The notes: generated from the letters alone by a model not told the origin. 57,494 nt of DNA from Candidatus Gastranaerophilales bacterium (GCA_944322625.1 CALUPN010000001.1:1-57494), one strand, 5' to 3'; shown: positions 1 to 9,103, numbered from the stretch's first letter. Program-made: numbers and translations.

Positions 1-77
1 GGGGGGGGGGTATATATAGAGAGATTGCCTATTTTATATTATATTTTATAAAATAAATTTTATTTTTTTGTTTTTGA
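1..77. repeat. Terminal direct repeat (assembly overlap) identical to 57418-57494; genome is circular/complete
   Basis: First 77 nt equal last 77 nt. Confidence 0.95.
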
Positions 78-279
78 AAATGATTTTTTATTTCTATATA
101 TAGAAGAAAGATTTTTTATTTTTTTTTTATTCAGGATATGATTTTATAATTTCGATTCACAATATTAATATCTGTCATGTAGTTGTAGCCGTTCCAAACA
201 CTCCCCTCCCTCTCCCCTAGTCGTACAGTGCCGAGGTGCTTTTTTTAAGTGTCCGAGCAAATTTTTTACAAAAAGACAC

Positions 280-308
280 TTGATTATTATGATACATTAT
301 GCTACAAT
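280..308 (+). promoter_or_regulatory. sigma-A-type promoter
   Basis: TTGATT-17 nt-TACAAT with TG extension. Confidence 0.75.
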
Positions 309-332
309 TATCGTAGAAAGGAGAGAAGTAAA

Positions 333-548
333 ATGATTCATATATTAAGAACCATCATCGGTTTAATCATATTATATTTACTAGCATGCACGGTAACAAT
401 CTTCTATTATTACTTAAATGACGACTTGGATGATATAAAATATCTACCAAGATACATAACAATACCGGGAATAATATGCTTAGCAATACTTGTGTTTGCA
501 ATAGTGATGCTTGCTGCATATATCATTGGTGTAATATTTATAGGATAA
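333..548 (+). CDS. Small membrane protein (2 TM)
   Basis: ATG 333 follows promoter and AAGGAG RBS; the 5' extension of the ORF track is promoter DNA. Confidence 0.7.
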   Translation: MIHILRTIIGLIILYLLACTVTIFYYYLNDDLDDIKYLPRYITIPGIICLAILVFAIVMLAAYIIGVIFIG

Positions 549-564
549 AAAGGAGTGATAAGTA

Positions 565-888
565 ATGAATGATAAAGAATTATTAGAATATATGAGAAAA
601 GTTAACACAAATTTTAATACACATTTAGAAAATGGAACTATTGAAATGAGTTTAGAATATTACAACTTATGTGAAGAATTAATGGCTAGAGGTATAAATG
701 CAATGCAAGAAAACCAACAACTAAAAGAAAAGTTACAGCAAAAAGAAGATGTCATCAATAAAGCAAAGGTTGATTTAGAAAAACATTTAGATGCAAAGAG
801 TTATGGTAATCATAAATATGAGTTGTTTGATAGGGAATATTTAGAAGAAGTTCTAGAAATATTAAATAACAAAGGAGAACAAAAATGA
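565..888 (+). CDS. Hypothetical coiled-coil phage protein
   Basis: RBS AGGAG; ENQQLKEKL...VINKA motif shared with 2073-2369. Confidence 0.75.
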   Translation: MNDKELLEYMRKVNTNFNTHLENGTIEMSLEYYNLCEELMARGINAMQENQQLKEKLQQKEDVINKAKVDLEKHLDAKSYGNHKYELFDREYLEEVLEILNNKGEQK

Positions 889-1112
889 AAATATTAGGAT
901 TTTTAATTATTTTAGCAGGGGTTGCATTTGGAATATATTTTGGTATTTATTTTATGCTATTTTGTGGAATCATGCAGATAGTTGAAAATATAAATCCATT
1001 AAATGCAAAAGAAATTGCAATCGGTGTGCTTCGTGTAATGTTTTTTGAAATTGGTTTTATACCGGTATCATTGGGTTCTACAATAGGTTTGTATTTAATG
1101 GAAAGGATATAG
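885..1112 (+). CDS. Small membrane protein
   Basis: Hydrophobic ORF coupled to the upstream gene. Confidence 0.75.
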   Translation: MKILGFLIILAGVAFGIYFGIYFMLFCGIMQIVENINPLNAKEIAIGVLRVMFFEIGFIPVSLGSTIGLYLMERI

Positions 1113-1115
1113 GAA

Positions 1116-1286
1116 ATGAGAAAAACAAAAGAATGGTTGGTAGATGATATCCACATTTTTAGGAATCACTACCTAAAGTGTGACAAAAAAGAACGGATTG
1201 TGTTCCGGAGGGAACTCGGAAAATATGAAGGACGATTTGATACGAAACGAGAGTTCTTGTCATGGTATTTAAGAGTGGTGAACTGA
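1116..1286 (+). CDS. Hypothetical 56-aa protein (MRKTKEWLVDD...)
   Basis: Manual translation; fills an operon gap, purine-rich RBS. Confidence 0.55.
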   Translation: MRKTKEWLVDDIHIFRNHYLKCDKKERIVFRRELGKYEGRFDTKREFLSWYLRVVN

Positions 1287-1346
1287 ACGTGCTTATAAGA
1301 AACAATGTAAAGAACAAGAAAAATATTACAAAATGAAAGGAGTAAC

Positions 1347-1706
1347 ATGGAATTATTAAAACCTAGTCGTATACAAGATGAACTATATACTTTTACGATG
1401 AATGGAAGTGAATATACCATAAAAGAAACGTGCCAAGAAGAAATAAAAAGACATGTCAAAAATGATGATAATGATTTTTATTATGGACTAACGATATATC
1501 AAGACAACCTTATATATCTTGAAAAATCATTGTCGTATAATAAGAAGAGAAAAACACTAATTCACGAATTAATGCACGTGTATATAGCTGAATTCGTAAC
1601 AACACAAACAATTGATTATGATGAAGAATTGTTGTGTGATATATGTGCAAATGCACATGAACTTGTTAATGAAATAGTAAATGATTATTTTGAGGAGGAT
1701 GATTAA
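1347..1706 (+). CDS. HEXXH zinc metallopeptidase-like protein (ImmA/IrrE-like)
   Basis: TLIHELMH motif plus downstream EE. Confidence 0.7.
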   Translation: MELLKPSRIQDELYTFTMNGSEYTIKETCQEEIKRHVKNDDNDFYYGLTIYQDNLIYLEKSLSYNKKRKTLIHELMHVYIAEFVTTQTIDYDEELLCDICANAHELVNEIVNDYFEEDD

Positions 1707-2072
1707 ATGGAACTAAAAGAAGGTATGTATATCAGAACAAAATATAATGATTTCTGTAATATGGTAGCAATTCGTAAAATTGATGAAATCGATGATGACG
1801 GTAGTTTCTGGATTGATGATTACATCATCGACACTTACGGAGATGAACAAGATAAATTACATGAAGAAGATGTTGAATTTGCGAGTGAAGATATTGTTAA
1901 TGTAATAAAACCAGGAGATTATGTTAATGGTGTAGAAGTAGAAGAAATAAATGATAAAGAAATTATGCTTGTTGATACTCATTTGCGGATAGATAAGAAA
2001 GTTGCAAACAGATTAATTGAATCAATAGTAACAAAAGAGATGATTGATTCTGTTAAGTATGAGGTGAAATAA
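1707..2072 (+). CDS. Hypothetical phage protein, paralog of 44409-44789
   Basis: MELKEGMYIR / MKLEVGMYIR N-termini and similar C-terminal TKE...YEV. Confidence 0.75.
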   Translation: MELKEGMYIRTKYNDFCNMVAIRKIDEIDDDGSFWIDDYIIDTYGDEQDKLHEEDVEFASEDIVNVIKPGDYVNGVEVEEINDKEIMLVDTHLRIDKKVANRLIESIVTKEMIDSVKYEVK

Positions 2073-2369
2073 ATGAGTGTATATGAAACATATATAACTA
2101 ATCCTAAAAAGCAATTGGAATTTTATAAAGATTTATCAGAACAACTAGAAAAGGAGAATCAAGAATTAAAGAAAAAGCTAAAAACAAAACACGATGGTTT
2201 CATGGCAAGCATGGACGACGTATGTGAATATGCCGAAGAAAATGATAAATTGAGAAATGTTATTGATAAAGCAATCCATGCTTTAAAAGATATGCAATTC
2301 CAATATGAGGGATTAGGCGATTTAGATGTAGTAATAAAGATATTAGAACTGGAGGACAAACATGAATAA
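2073..2369 (+). CDS. Hypothetical coiled-coil protein
   Basis: ORF with GAGGTG RBS. Confidence 0.75.
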   Translation: MSVYETYITNPKKQLEFYKDLSEQLEKENQELKKKLKTKHDGFMASMDDVCEYAEENDKLRNVIDKAIHALKDMQFQYEGLGDLDVVIKILELEDKHE

Positions 2370-2766
2370 AAATATAAAATTAAAAGTAGGAGACATTTTA
2401 ACATACCAAATTAGTAACGAAAACGTTGTAGAAACAACCATAAACGGCTGGGCTGGAAAAAGTATAAAAGAATTTGAAATTTTACATCCTTCGTATAAAG
2501 TACTTAAATTAGAACGTCCACAAACAATATATAAATTTAAAGAAGTCTTAGATGCAAAAGAGAAAGACTATTTGAGTGCCGTTATTAGACCATTCAAAGG
2601 TAAAGTTAATTATATTCAAAAAGAAATTTCAGATACACGAGAAGACATAGTTGTATGTGTTGCTTGTGACGATTATTTATCATTCCCATATTTTGAAAAA
2701 GGAACAATGTATAAAGGAATGAAACTTGGTAAAAAGTACACTTTGAAAGAACTGGGGTTAGATTAA
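2362..2766 (+). CDS. Hypothetical phage protein
   Basis: GGAGG RBS; C-terminal MYKGMKLGKKYTLKELGL resembles a common Firmicutes phage family. Confidence 0.75.
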   Translation: MNKNIKLKVGDILTYQISNENVVETTINGWAGKSIKEFEILHPSYKVLKLERPQTIYKFKEVLDAKEKDYLSAVIRPFKGKVNYIQKEISDTREDIVVCVACDDYLSFPYFEKGTMYKGMKLGKKYTLKELGLD

Positions 2767-2803
2767 TGAATAAAATCGTATTTTGTAGAAAGGAGAATGA
2801 TTT

Positions 2804-2920
2804 ATGGGATGCTTGGCATTTTTGGTATTTTTATTTTTCTTAATGGTGTTTCCACCATTTGCAATATTGTTCCTAATATTCTGTATTTTTATAGGAATAT
2901 TTAGTAACAATAAGAAATAA
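2804..2920 (+). CDS. 38-aa membrane peptide (MGCLAFLVF...)
   Basis: AGGAGA RBS 7 nt upstream; manual translation. Confidence 0.55.
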   Translation: MGCLAFLVFLFFLMVFPPFAILFLIFCIFIGIFSNNKK

Positions 2921-2996
2921 TATGGTACTTGCGTTTGCAAGTATCTTTTATTTTGACTGAAAAATATAACAGTGTTATAATTATATAAAGGATAAA

Positions 2997-3422
2997 GTGG
3001 ATATGCGAGAAATAAAGAAACTTATGATTAATACATATAATATTAAGAAATTAGGATATGATTTCATGGGATATAAAGTGAATCGTGCGTCAGAATTATC
3101 GTTTCATCACTTGGTTATACCAAAAAGATTCTGTCACGATGTTGGTATTGGTGATGGATATTTGTTATGGAACGGGGCTATATTAGTGCAAAATACAAGT
3201 CATGAGTATTTGCATGTGATAGAACACTTGGACGAAGAAATATTCTGCAGAATAACAAGTGAAATGATAGATGAGAATCTAAAAGGTAGATTGGATATCG
3301 ATAATATTCGTAGAATCCACGATATGATGATAACGTTTGAGAAAGAACATCGGTACGATCGAACGAAAAAAGGAAAGATACTTGTTAAAGAAGAATATTT
3401 GACAGATAGAATAAAATTATAA
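2997..3422 (+). CDS. HNH-like (His-rich) protein
   Basis: FHH...N...SHEYLH pattern; own TTGACT/TATAAT promoter at ~2953-2981. Confidence 0.55.
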   Translation: MDMREIKKLMINTYNIKKLGYDFMGYKVNRASELSFHHLVIPKRFCHDVGIGDGYLLWNGAILVQNTSHEYLHVIEHLDEEIFCRITSEMIDENLKGRLDIDNIRRIHDMMITFEKEHRYDRTKKGKILVKEEYLTDRIKL

Positions 3423-3451
3423 TTGACAATTATATAACAATATGGTATATT
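3423..3451 (+). promoter_or_regulatory. Promoter of the tRNA cluster
   Basis: TTGACA-17-TATATT. Confidence 0.75.
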
Positions 3452-3543
3452 ATAATAGTAATATATCGATTCCTACATATTACATTTAAAAGAATTATCT
3501 TTTGTATGGATGGTATTATGATATCGTCCTAGTTTTCTTTTAT

Positions 3544-3618
3544 ACGCTTGTCATCCAATGGTTAGGGTGCTGGTCTTATACACCAGTTATCTAGGTTCGA
3601 ATCCTAGCGAGCGTACCA
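3544..3618 (+). tRNA. tRNA-Ile(UAU)
   Basis: Acceptor ACGCTTG/CGAGCGT, anticodon arm CTGGT-CTTATAC-ACCAG, GGTTCGAATCC, CCA end. Confidence 0.9.
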
Positions 3619-3621
3619 AAT

Positions 3622-3695
3622 ACACGGATAATTTAAAGGTAGAATATTGATCTCCAAAATCAATTGTATAGGTTCGAGTCCTAGTCTGTGTGCCA
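3622..3695 (+). tRNA. tRNA-Trp(CCA)
   Basis: Acceptor ACACGGA/TCTGTGT, loop CTCCAAA, T arm, CCA. Confidence 0.9.
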
Positions 3696-3698
3696 TAT

Positions 3699-3775
3699 TG
3701 ACGAATGGAGAAATTGGTAAACTCACTGGTTTTTGGCACCAGTATTTGATAGTTCGAGTCTATCTTCGTCAGCCA
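3699..3775 (+). tRNA. tRNA-Gln(UUG)
   Basis: Acceptor TGACGAA/TTCGTCA, loop TTTTGGC, CCA. Confidence 0.9.
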
Positions 3776-3780
3776 TGTTT

Positions 3781-3857
3781 TGCGGGTTGGTAGAAGTGGT
3801 TATCTCGTCGCCCTCATAAGGCGAAGTTCGTTGGTTCGAATCCAACATCCGCAACCA
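3781..3857 (+). tRNA. tRNA-Met(CAU), initiator-like body
   Basis: Acceptor TGCGGGT/ATCCGCA, arm TCGCC-CTCATAA-GGCGA, CCA. Confidence 0.85.
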
Positions 3858-3860
3858 TAT

Positions 3861-3902
3861 GCCCAAGATAAGATTGATATGGTGCAATTCCATACTTGGG
3901 CT
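3861..3902 (+). pseudogene. tRNA remnant/minihelix (acceptor stem + T arm only)
   Basis: GCCCAAG/CTTGGGC stem and TATGG-TGCAATT-CCATA arm; no D or anticodon arm, no CCA. Confidence 0.6.
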
Positions 3903-4029
3903 ATTTCCTTTCTAAAACACCAGAGAATTACTTTCGATATGAACCATTTATATGATTTTTCATTTTACCATTATATTCTTCTATAAAACATATTCTCTCT
4001 TTATCTCTGGTGTAGTAAATATCATCGAT

Positions 4030-4121
4030 TTGACAATAAAATCGATTTATGATATATTTAATACGTGAGTATCCATGCCACGTATTCACATTTAATCGAG
4101 TTCACCCTACTCGATTTTTTG
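4030..4121 (+). ncRNA. Candidate sRNA unit (promoter, hairpin, terminator)
   Basis: TTGACA-17-TATATT; ACGTG/CACGT hairpin; AATCGAGT/ACTCGATT+T5 terminator; no ORF. Confidence 0.55.
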
Positions 4122-4183
4122 TTGTAAAATAAAATAAATTGTGATATACTATTGACGTAATATAGGGTGGCTTTGACGGGAGA

Positions 4184-4423
4184 TTGGCAATGGTGTATAG
4201 TGATATGAGATTTTATACTTTTAAAGAATTTTGTGAAAATGCAGATTATATAAAGATGCACTTTTTGTCGCTAGACGAAAGAGATAAATACACTTATAAG
4301 TTATATGTTTATTCCAATCATATTGTGAAAGATTTTTTGCTCGATAAGATATGGGAGTACCTAAACGAGCCAATTGGTAGTTGCTATTACGTGACATTGG
4401 ATATGCTAAAATTTTATTTATAG
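4184..4423 (+). CDS. Hypothetical protein upstream of terminase
   Basis: ORF track; start uncertain. Confidence 0.5.
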   Translation: MAMVYSDMRFYTFKEFCENADYIKMHFLSLDERDKYTYKLYVYSNHIVKDFLLDKIWEYLNEPIGSCYYVTLDMLKFYL

Positions 4424-4434
4424 GGCGTGATAGT

Positions 4435-6201
4435 TTGGATATAAATGATAACATACGAGAACGTATTGAAAAGACGAAACAATTGCTTTCAAAATTAGTA
4501 CATAAAAATACAATGGCATATTTACAAGGATTGAATTCCATTAAGTGTGATTATGAAACACTAGGTGAATATGATAATGCGTGTAAGTATGCTACAATGA
4601 TTATAGATATTCTTTCTCATAATGGTGTTGAGCATAAGGCCACAAAAAAGGATGAAGAACTAGTTCGAGATATTTGGGTGCATGCCTATGATACAAAGGC
4701 TCGACAGGGAGATTTTGAATCTTTTTGTATTGCCATGGAATGGAACAGACCAATTAATAAACAGTTTTATCTGCCTAGGGCAAGGTTGCTTAAAAAACAT
4801 GGTGTAATACAAGCGATTCAAGATTTGATTGATGATAAACTAGATTTATTAGTCTTAAATTTGCCTCCCAGAATTGGTAAAACAACTGTTGGTCTTTTCT
4901 TACAAACATTGTTAGGTGGAATGTTTCCAGATGAAAGTATTTTGAGTGCTGGACATACTACCGGTCTTATACAGACGTTTTATAACGAAATAATGAATCT
5001 TATGAACGATGCGGAATATAGATATCATGAAATATTTCCTAATAATCATATAGTCGATAAGAGTTCCGAATATTATTATTTTGACTTAAATAAAAAACGT
5101 CGTTTTCATACATATAATTTCGTATCAATAGAAACTGGTGGTACTGGTAAGGTACAAGCAGAACGATTGCTATATTGCGATGACTTGGTAAAAGATGTTG
5201 AACAAGCGAATAATCCAGATAGACTTGAAAAATTGTACCATAATTATACAAGTACAATTAAAGATAGAAAAATACAAAGATTGTGCAAAGACGGTGTGTA
5301 TAGAACTTGCCCAGAGATTCATATCAATACACCATGGAGTTTGTATGATGTGACTAGTAGAATCGTGCAGACGGCAAAGGATACGGGAGATATGTCGAGA
5401 GTTCGAATTATATCTGTTCCATGTTATGATGAAAACGGAGAAAGTAACTTTGTTTATGATTATGGAAAAGGATTTAGTACAAAATACTATAAAGATATGG
5501 AGTTAGCCGAAGATCCTGTTATTTTTAGTGCCAAGTATTTAATGACACCGGTAGAAAGAGACGGATTAATATTTAATAAAGATAATATTACATATTATAA
5601 TGAATTACCTCCAGAAGAACCTGATAGAATAGTTGGCTATGCGGATGTTACGCATGGTGGAGATGACTATTTTTCAGTTCCAGTTGGATATGTATATGGG
5701 TATGAAGTTTACATAGAAAGTGTTATGTTTGTCAATCATTTCGGTGGAGATGATGGTAGCCGTCCGTTAGTCAAGAGATTGATTATGGATAATCATGTTA
5801 CAAGATGTGGTGTTGAAAGAAATAATGGTGGAGATTTTTATTCTACACTTATGGATAAAGATTTAAAAGATGTTGGATATTATTGCCATATAACATCTCA
5901 TAATGCGCCCACAATCAAACAAAAAAGAGATAGAATATTGGCATGTGAAAGAGAAATAAAGGGTATTGCTAGTGAAAAAAATTCTTATCGAATATATTTC
6001 AAAAATCCTGACAAAACAAAGGGAGATAGACAATATCAATTGGCTATGCAAAATTTATTTAGATGGAATCAAAATCCTAGTATGCAAAAAAAACAACACG
6101 ATGACTTTCCAGATAGCCTCGCAGGTCTTATAACGAACGTTCTAGGCGGTAAACACGGTAAAGCAAGAAGTAATGTCAATGCCAATAGTTTGGGAATTTG
6201 A
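4435..6201 (+). CDS. terL: Terminase large subunit
   Basis: Walker A LPPRIGKTT, Walker B LLYCDD, nuclease D...HDDFPD; likely TTG start at 4435 (ORF open from 4381). Confidence 0.92.
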   Translation: MDINDNIRERIEKTKQLLSKLVHKNTMAYLQGLNSIKCDYETLGEYDNACKYATMIIDILSHNGVEHKATKKDEELVRDIWVHAYDTKARQGDFESFCIAMEWNRPINKQFYLPRARLLKKHGVIQAIQDLIDDKLDLLVLNLPPRIGKTTVGLFLQTLLGGMFPDESILSAGHTTGLIQTFYNEIMNLMNDAEYRYHEIFPNNHIVDKSSEYYYFDLNKKRRFHTYNFVSIETGGTGKVQAERLLYCDDLVKDVEQANNPDRLEKLYHNYTSTIKDRKIQRLCKDGVYRTCPEIHINTPWSLYDVTSRIVQTAKDTGDMSRVRIISVPCYDENGESNFVYDYGKGFSTKYYKDMELAEDPVIFSAKYLMTPVERDGLIFNKDNITYYNELPPEEPDRIVGYADVTHGGDDYFSVPVGYVYGYEVYIESVMFVNHFGGDDGSRPLVKRLIMDNHVTRCGVERNNGGDFYSTLMDKDLKDVGYYCHITSHNAPTIKQKRDRILACEREIKGIASEKNSYRIYFKNPDKTKGDRQYQLAMQNLFRWNQNPSMQKKQHDDFPDSLAGLITNVLGGKHGKARSNVNANSLGI

Positions 6202-6226
6202 CAATTATACTAAAATATGCTATAAT
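6198..6226 (+). promoter_or_regulatory. Consensus promoter for the head-tail operon
   Basis: TTGACA-17-TATAAT with TG. Confidence 0.85.
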
Positions 6227-6238
6227 TATAGGTGATTT

Positions 6239-6382
6239 ATGAATAAAGTATGGATTTGTTGCCCGCATTGTGGTAAGAAATTATTTAAAATTGATAAAAA
6301 ATTTACTTTGCAGACCATTTACATATGGTGCAAAACTTGTAAAAAAGAAATAACGATAGAGCCTAAGAGCCATGTTATGTAA
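6239..6382 (+). CDS. 47-aa zinc-ribbon protein (Mu Com / Cys-rich KTR-like)
   Basis: CPHCGKKLF...WCKTCKKE; AGGTGA RBS; missed by the ORF track. Confidence 0.8.
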   Translation: MNKVWICCPHCGKKLFKIDKKFTLQTIYIWCKTCKKEITIEPKSHVM

Positions 6383-6403
6383 TAGTAACATTGGCTCTTT
6401 TTT
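6367..6403 (+). terminator. Intrinsic terminator/attenuator before portal
   Basis: GAGCCA-TGTTA...TAACA-TTGGCTC followed by a T run. Confidence 0.7.
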
Positions 6404-6423
6404 GTTTATAAGGTGGTGATAAC

Positions 6424-7926
6424 TTGGATAATAATGGATTCTTCAATAAAATACATTATGGACGTCAACGAATCATATTAGATTTTGATGAAGTTACTCC
6501 AGATAATATTTATCAAGTTATGCAAAAAGCATTGTCAATACATAGTCAAAACGCTAGAGATTGTCAATATCTAATTGATTATTTCTTGGGAAAACAAGAT
6601 ATTTTAAATCGTCCTGTATCCGGTACGAGCAATATTAATAATACAACGGTAGTAAATTATGCGTTTCCTATAACTAGAGAAATTGTTGGCTATACGTTTG
6701 GAAATCCGGTCGAGTTCATACAAAAAGACATGAAGTATCAAAATGATGTCGCTACACTTACTGACTATTATGATTACGAAACAAGTTATTATGTTGATAC
6801 TTGTACAGGAATATATGATTCCATCTGTGGTGTTGCCTATCAAATAACACTTCCTAGCAAAGATATATCTAAGGACAATACTCCAGATTTACCAATCGTT
6901 TATGACTGTCTTGATCCTCGTAATACATTTATTGTACAAAGTAGTGAAATTGGAAATCCAGTAATATTGAGTTGTCATTATACAATAAATTCGCAAACAC
7001 ATAAAAAAGAATATACATGTTATACAAATAAATATAAATTCACATTTGTAAATATGGACATGAACACATTAGAATGGACTATAAATCCAATAGGATTGAA
7101 TCCAATTACGATGATAGAAAATTCGATATTCTTAACTGGTGATTGGGAGCAAGCGATAAGTGTACTTAATGCGATAAACCAAGTCGCAAGTGATTCCTTA
7201 AATGATATTGAGGGAACGATAAAAAGTTTATTAGTAGTACTTGGTGCAGAATTTGAGGATAACGATGAAGATGGACGTTTGAAAAAGATAAAAGAAAATC
7301 GAGTATTAACACTCGTTAGTGGTACTGGTGATACATCTAGTTTGGACGCTAAGTTTATCGCTCCACAACTTGATAGTACAAGTACACAAAACATAAGAAA
7401 TTATTTGGAAGATGCTAAAAATGTTATCACTGGTATTCCAGATAGAAGTAATAATTCTAGCGGTGGAGATACCGGTTTGGCTGTTCTTAACCGAGATGGT
7501 TGGACGGATATAGAAATAGTTGCTAGACTTAAAGAATTGTTTTTTAAGAAAGGTAAGAAACAACAATTGGCTGTCGGTATTAAAATATTACAAATGCTAG
7601 ATTTAATAACAGATGATTTATCTGTTTTAGATATAGATTTGATAATTGGACGTCATAGTCAAGATAACTTACAAACAAAAACACAAGCGTTCTCAACATT
7701 AATTGCTACTGGGGAACTTGCTACGATAGATTGCTTAGAGTTATCTAATTTAACTAATAAGACAAGGGAAATGGTAGAAAGAGGAAAACAAGCCAAGTTA
7801 GAGCGGCAAGAAGAAGCCATAGAACTTGCTAAAAAAGCGGCTGACGCATCTGGTGAAGGAAAATCTTCTCAAAACGGTGCTAATAAAACCGCAGAAATAG
7901 AAAAAGCGGCCGCTGGAAATAATTAA
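6424..7926 (+). CDS. Portal protein (SPP1 gp6-like)
   Basis: YF.GKQDIL, GY.FGNPV motifs, 500 aa, position after terL. Confidence 0.9.
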   Translation: MDNNGFFNKIHYGRQRIILDFDEVTPDNIYQVMQKALSIHSQNARDCQYLIDYFLGKQDILNRPVSGTSNINNTTVVNYAFPITREIVGYTFGNPVEFIQKDMKYQNDVATLTDYYDYETSYYVDTCTGIYDSICGVAYQITLPSKDISKDNTPDLPIVYDCLDPRNTFIVQSSEIGNPVILSCHYTINSQTHKKEYTCYTNKYKFTFVNMDMNTLEWTINPIGLNPITMIENSIFLTGDWEQAISVLNAINQVASDSLNDIEGTIKSLLVVLGAEFEDNDEDGRLKKIKENRVLTLVSGTGDTSSLDAKFIAPQLDSTSTQNIRNYLEDAKNVITGIPDRSNNSSGGDTGLAVLNRDGWTDIEIVARLKELFFKKGKKQQLAVGIKILQMLDLITDDLSVLDIDLIIGRHSQDNLQTKTQAFSTLIATGELATIDCLELSNLTNKTREMVERGKQAKLERQEEAIELAKKAADASGEGKSSQNGANKTAEIEKAAAGNN

Positions 7927-8099
7927 CAATTGTTGACGCCTTAGAGAACTGTTGTTGCTCTATTAAAGAAGTTATTTCTGATGAAATAGCCCAAAAGCGG
8001 TAAACATAAAATATTTCTCCCAACCTGTCGGGGGTTTAGAAAATACAGGATTCTATTCGACAGAGAAGTCGTTTAATCACTAGAATGAAAGGATTGTTT

Positions 8100-8726
8100 A
8101 TGGATTTAAAAGAAGTTTTAGGCGATGCCTACAAAGACGGAATGACATTTGATGAAATCAATAGTTTTTTCGCAAACAAGAAATTTGCAGATTTATCAAC
8201 TGGAAATTATGTTGATAAGAATAAATATGAAAATGAGGTAAAAACCTTACAAGACCAATTAACTGCAAAAGATACAGAATTAAAAAATAGACTTAGTGAA
8301 GATGAACGAGCATCACTTGCTCAACAAGAAAAAGATAACGAAATCGAAAGATTAAAACAAATGTTGAAAGATAATACGATTAACGGAAACAAAAGTACCG
8401 TAAACGGTATTACACATTCAGTTCGTGATATGTTAGGTCTCGATGTAAATGATAAAGCATTTACAGAATTTGTTGATAACATTACAAGTGAAGATTCATC
8501 TAAAAGTACCAGTGTAGCCACTTATGTTTCAAAGTTAGTGAAAGATGCTTATGAAAAAGGTAAAAAAGATGCTAATAAAGATAATATGGGGCAAATGGGA
8601 AAAGGTAAAGGAAATGCAGATGCGAAAGAACCAGATGACAAAGATAAGTTAGGCGAGTTTGGCAGAAAACTAGCATCTATGAATAGTTCTAACAAACAAA
8701 AATTTGATTATTTTAAAAGAAATTAA
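8100..8726 (+). CDS. Capsid scaffolding protein
   Basis: Coiled coil with YVDKNKYE; between portal and capsid; RBS favours ATG 8100. Confidence 0.75.
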   Translation: MDLKEVLGDAYKDGMTFDEINSFFANKKFADLSTGNYVDKNKYENEVKTLQDQLTAKDTELKNRLSEDERASLAQQEKDNEIERLKQMLKDNTINGNKSTVNGITHSVRDMLGLDVNDKAFTEFVDNITSEDSSKSTSVATYVSKLVKDAYEKGKKDANKDNMGQMGKGKGNADAKEPDDKDKLGEFGRKLASMNSSNKQKFDYFKRN

Positions 8727-8737
8727 AGGAGGATATT

Positions 8738-9103
8738 ATGGTTACTACGGAAACTTATGGAAATGTTAAAAATATTTTAATCGGTCAAGCAAGTTATTAC
8801 ATGGCATTACCAGTTGTTTTGAGCGGTACTGCTAATGGAACAATTGAAGCGGGTTCTCCTCTAACGGGAGATATAACTACTAGAGATACTGCGTTTACGG
8901 CTTCCACTACGGATGCTGTTGGTATTCTATTACATGATGAAAAACTAGACGCAAATGGGAAAGGAAACGGTACACTTGTTATCGCAGGATGCGTTGATTT
9001 GTTAAAACTTAGTTCAACAGTTCAAGGAAACATTACTACTGCTTTAGCAGATGACGGACAAAAATTAGATAGAATTATATTCGTGAAAGGAAGTGCTATT
9101 TAA
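8738..9103 (+). CDS. Head decoration protein
   Basis: AGSPL...AVGILLHD motif immediately before MCP. Confidence 0.75.
   Translation: MVTTETYGNVKNILIGQASYYMALPVVLSGTANGTIEAGSPLTGDITTRDTAFTASTTDAVGILLHDEKLDANGKGNGTLVIAGCVDLLKLSSTVQGNITTALADDGQKLDRIIFVKGSAI

Noticed and set aside
1-77. Biological terminal repeat
   Set aside because: An exact 77-nt overlap matches a common assembler k-mer length; treated as a circularisation artefact.
1347-1706. Lysogeny module (ImmA with repressor and integrase)
   Set aside because: An HEXXH protein is present but there is no adjacent repressor and no integrase or recombinase motif was found.
3622-3695. Stop-codon reassignment or suppressor tRNA
   Set aside because: The anticodon is CCA, and genes end normally at TAA, TAG and TGA under code 11.
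3780-3986. 68-aa ORF from the track
   Set aside because: Overlaps tRNA-Met and the minihelix; spurious.
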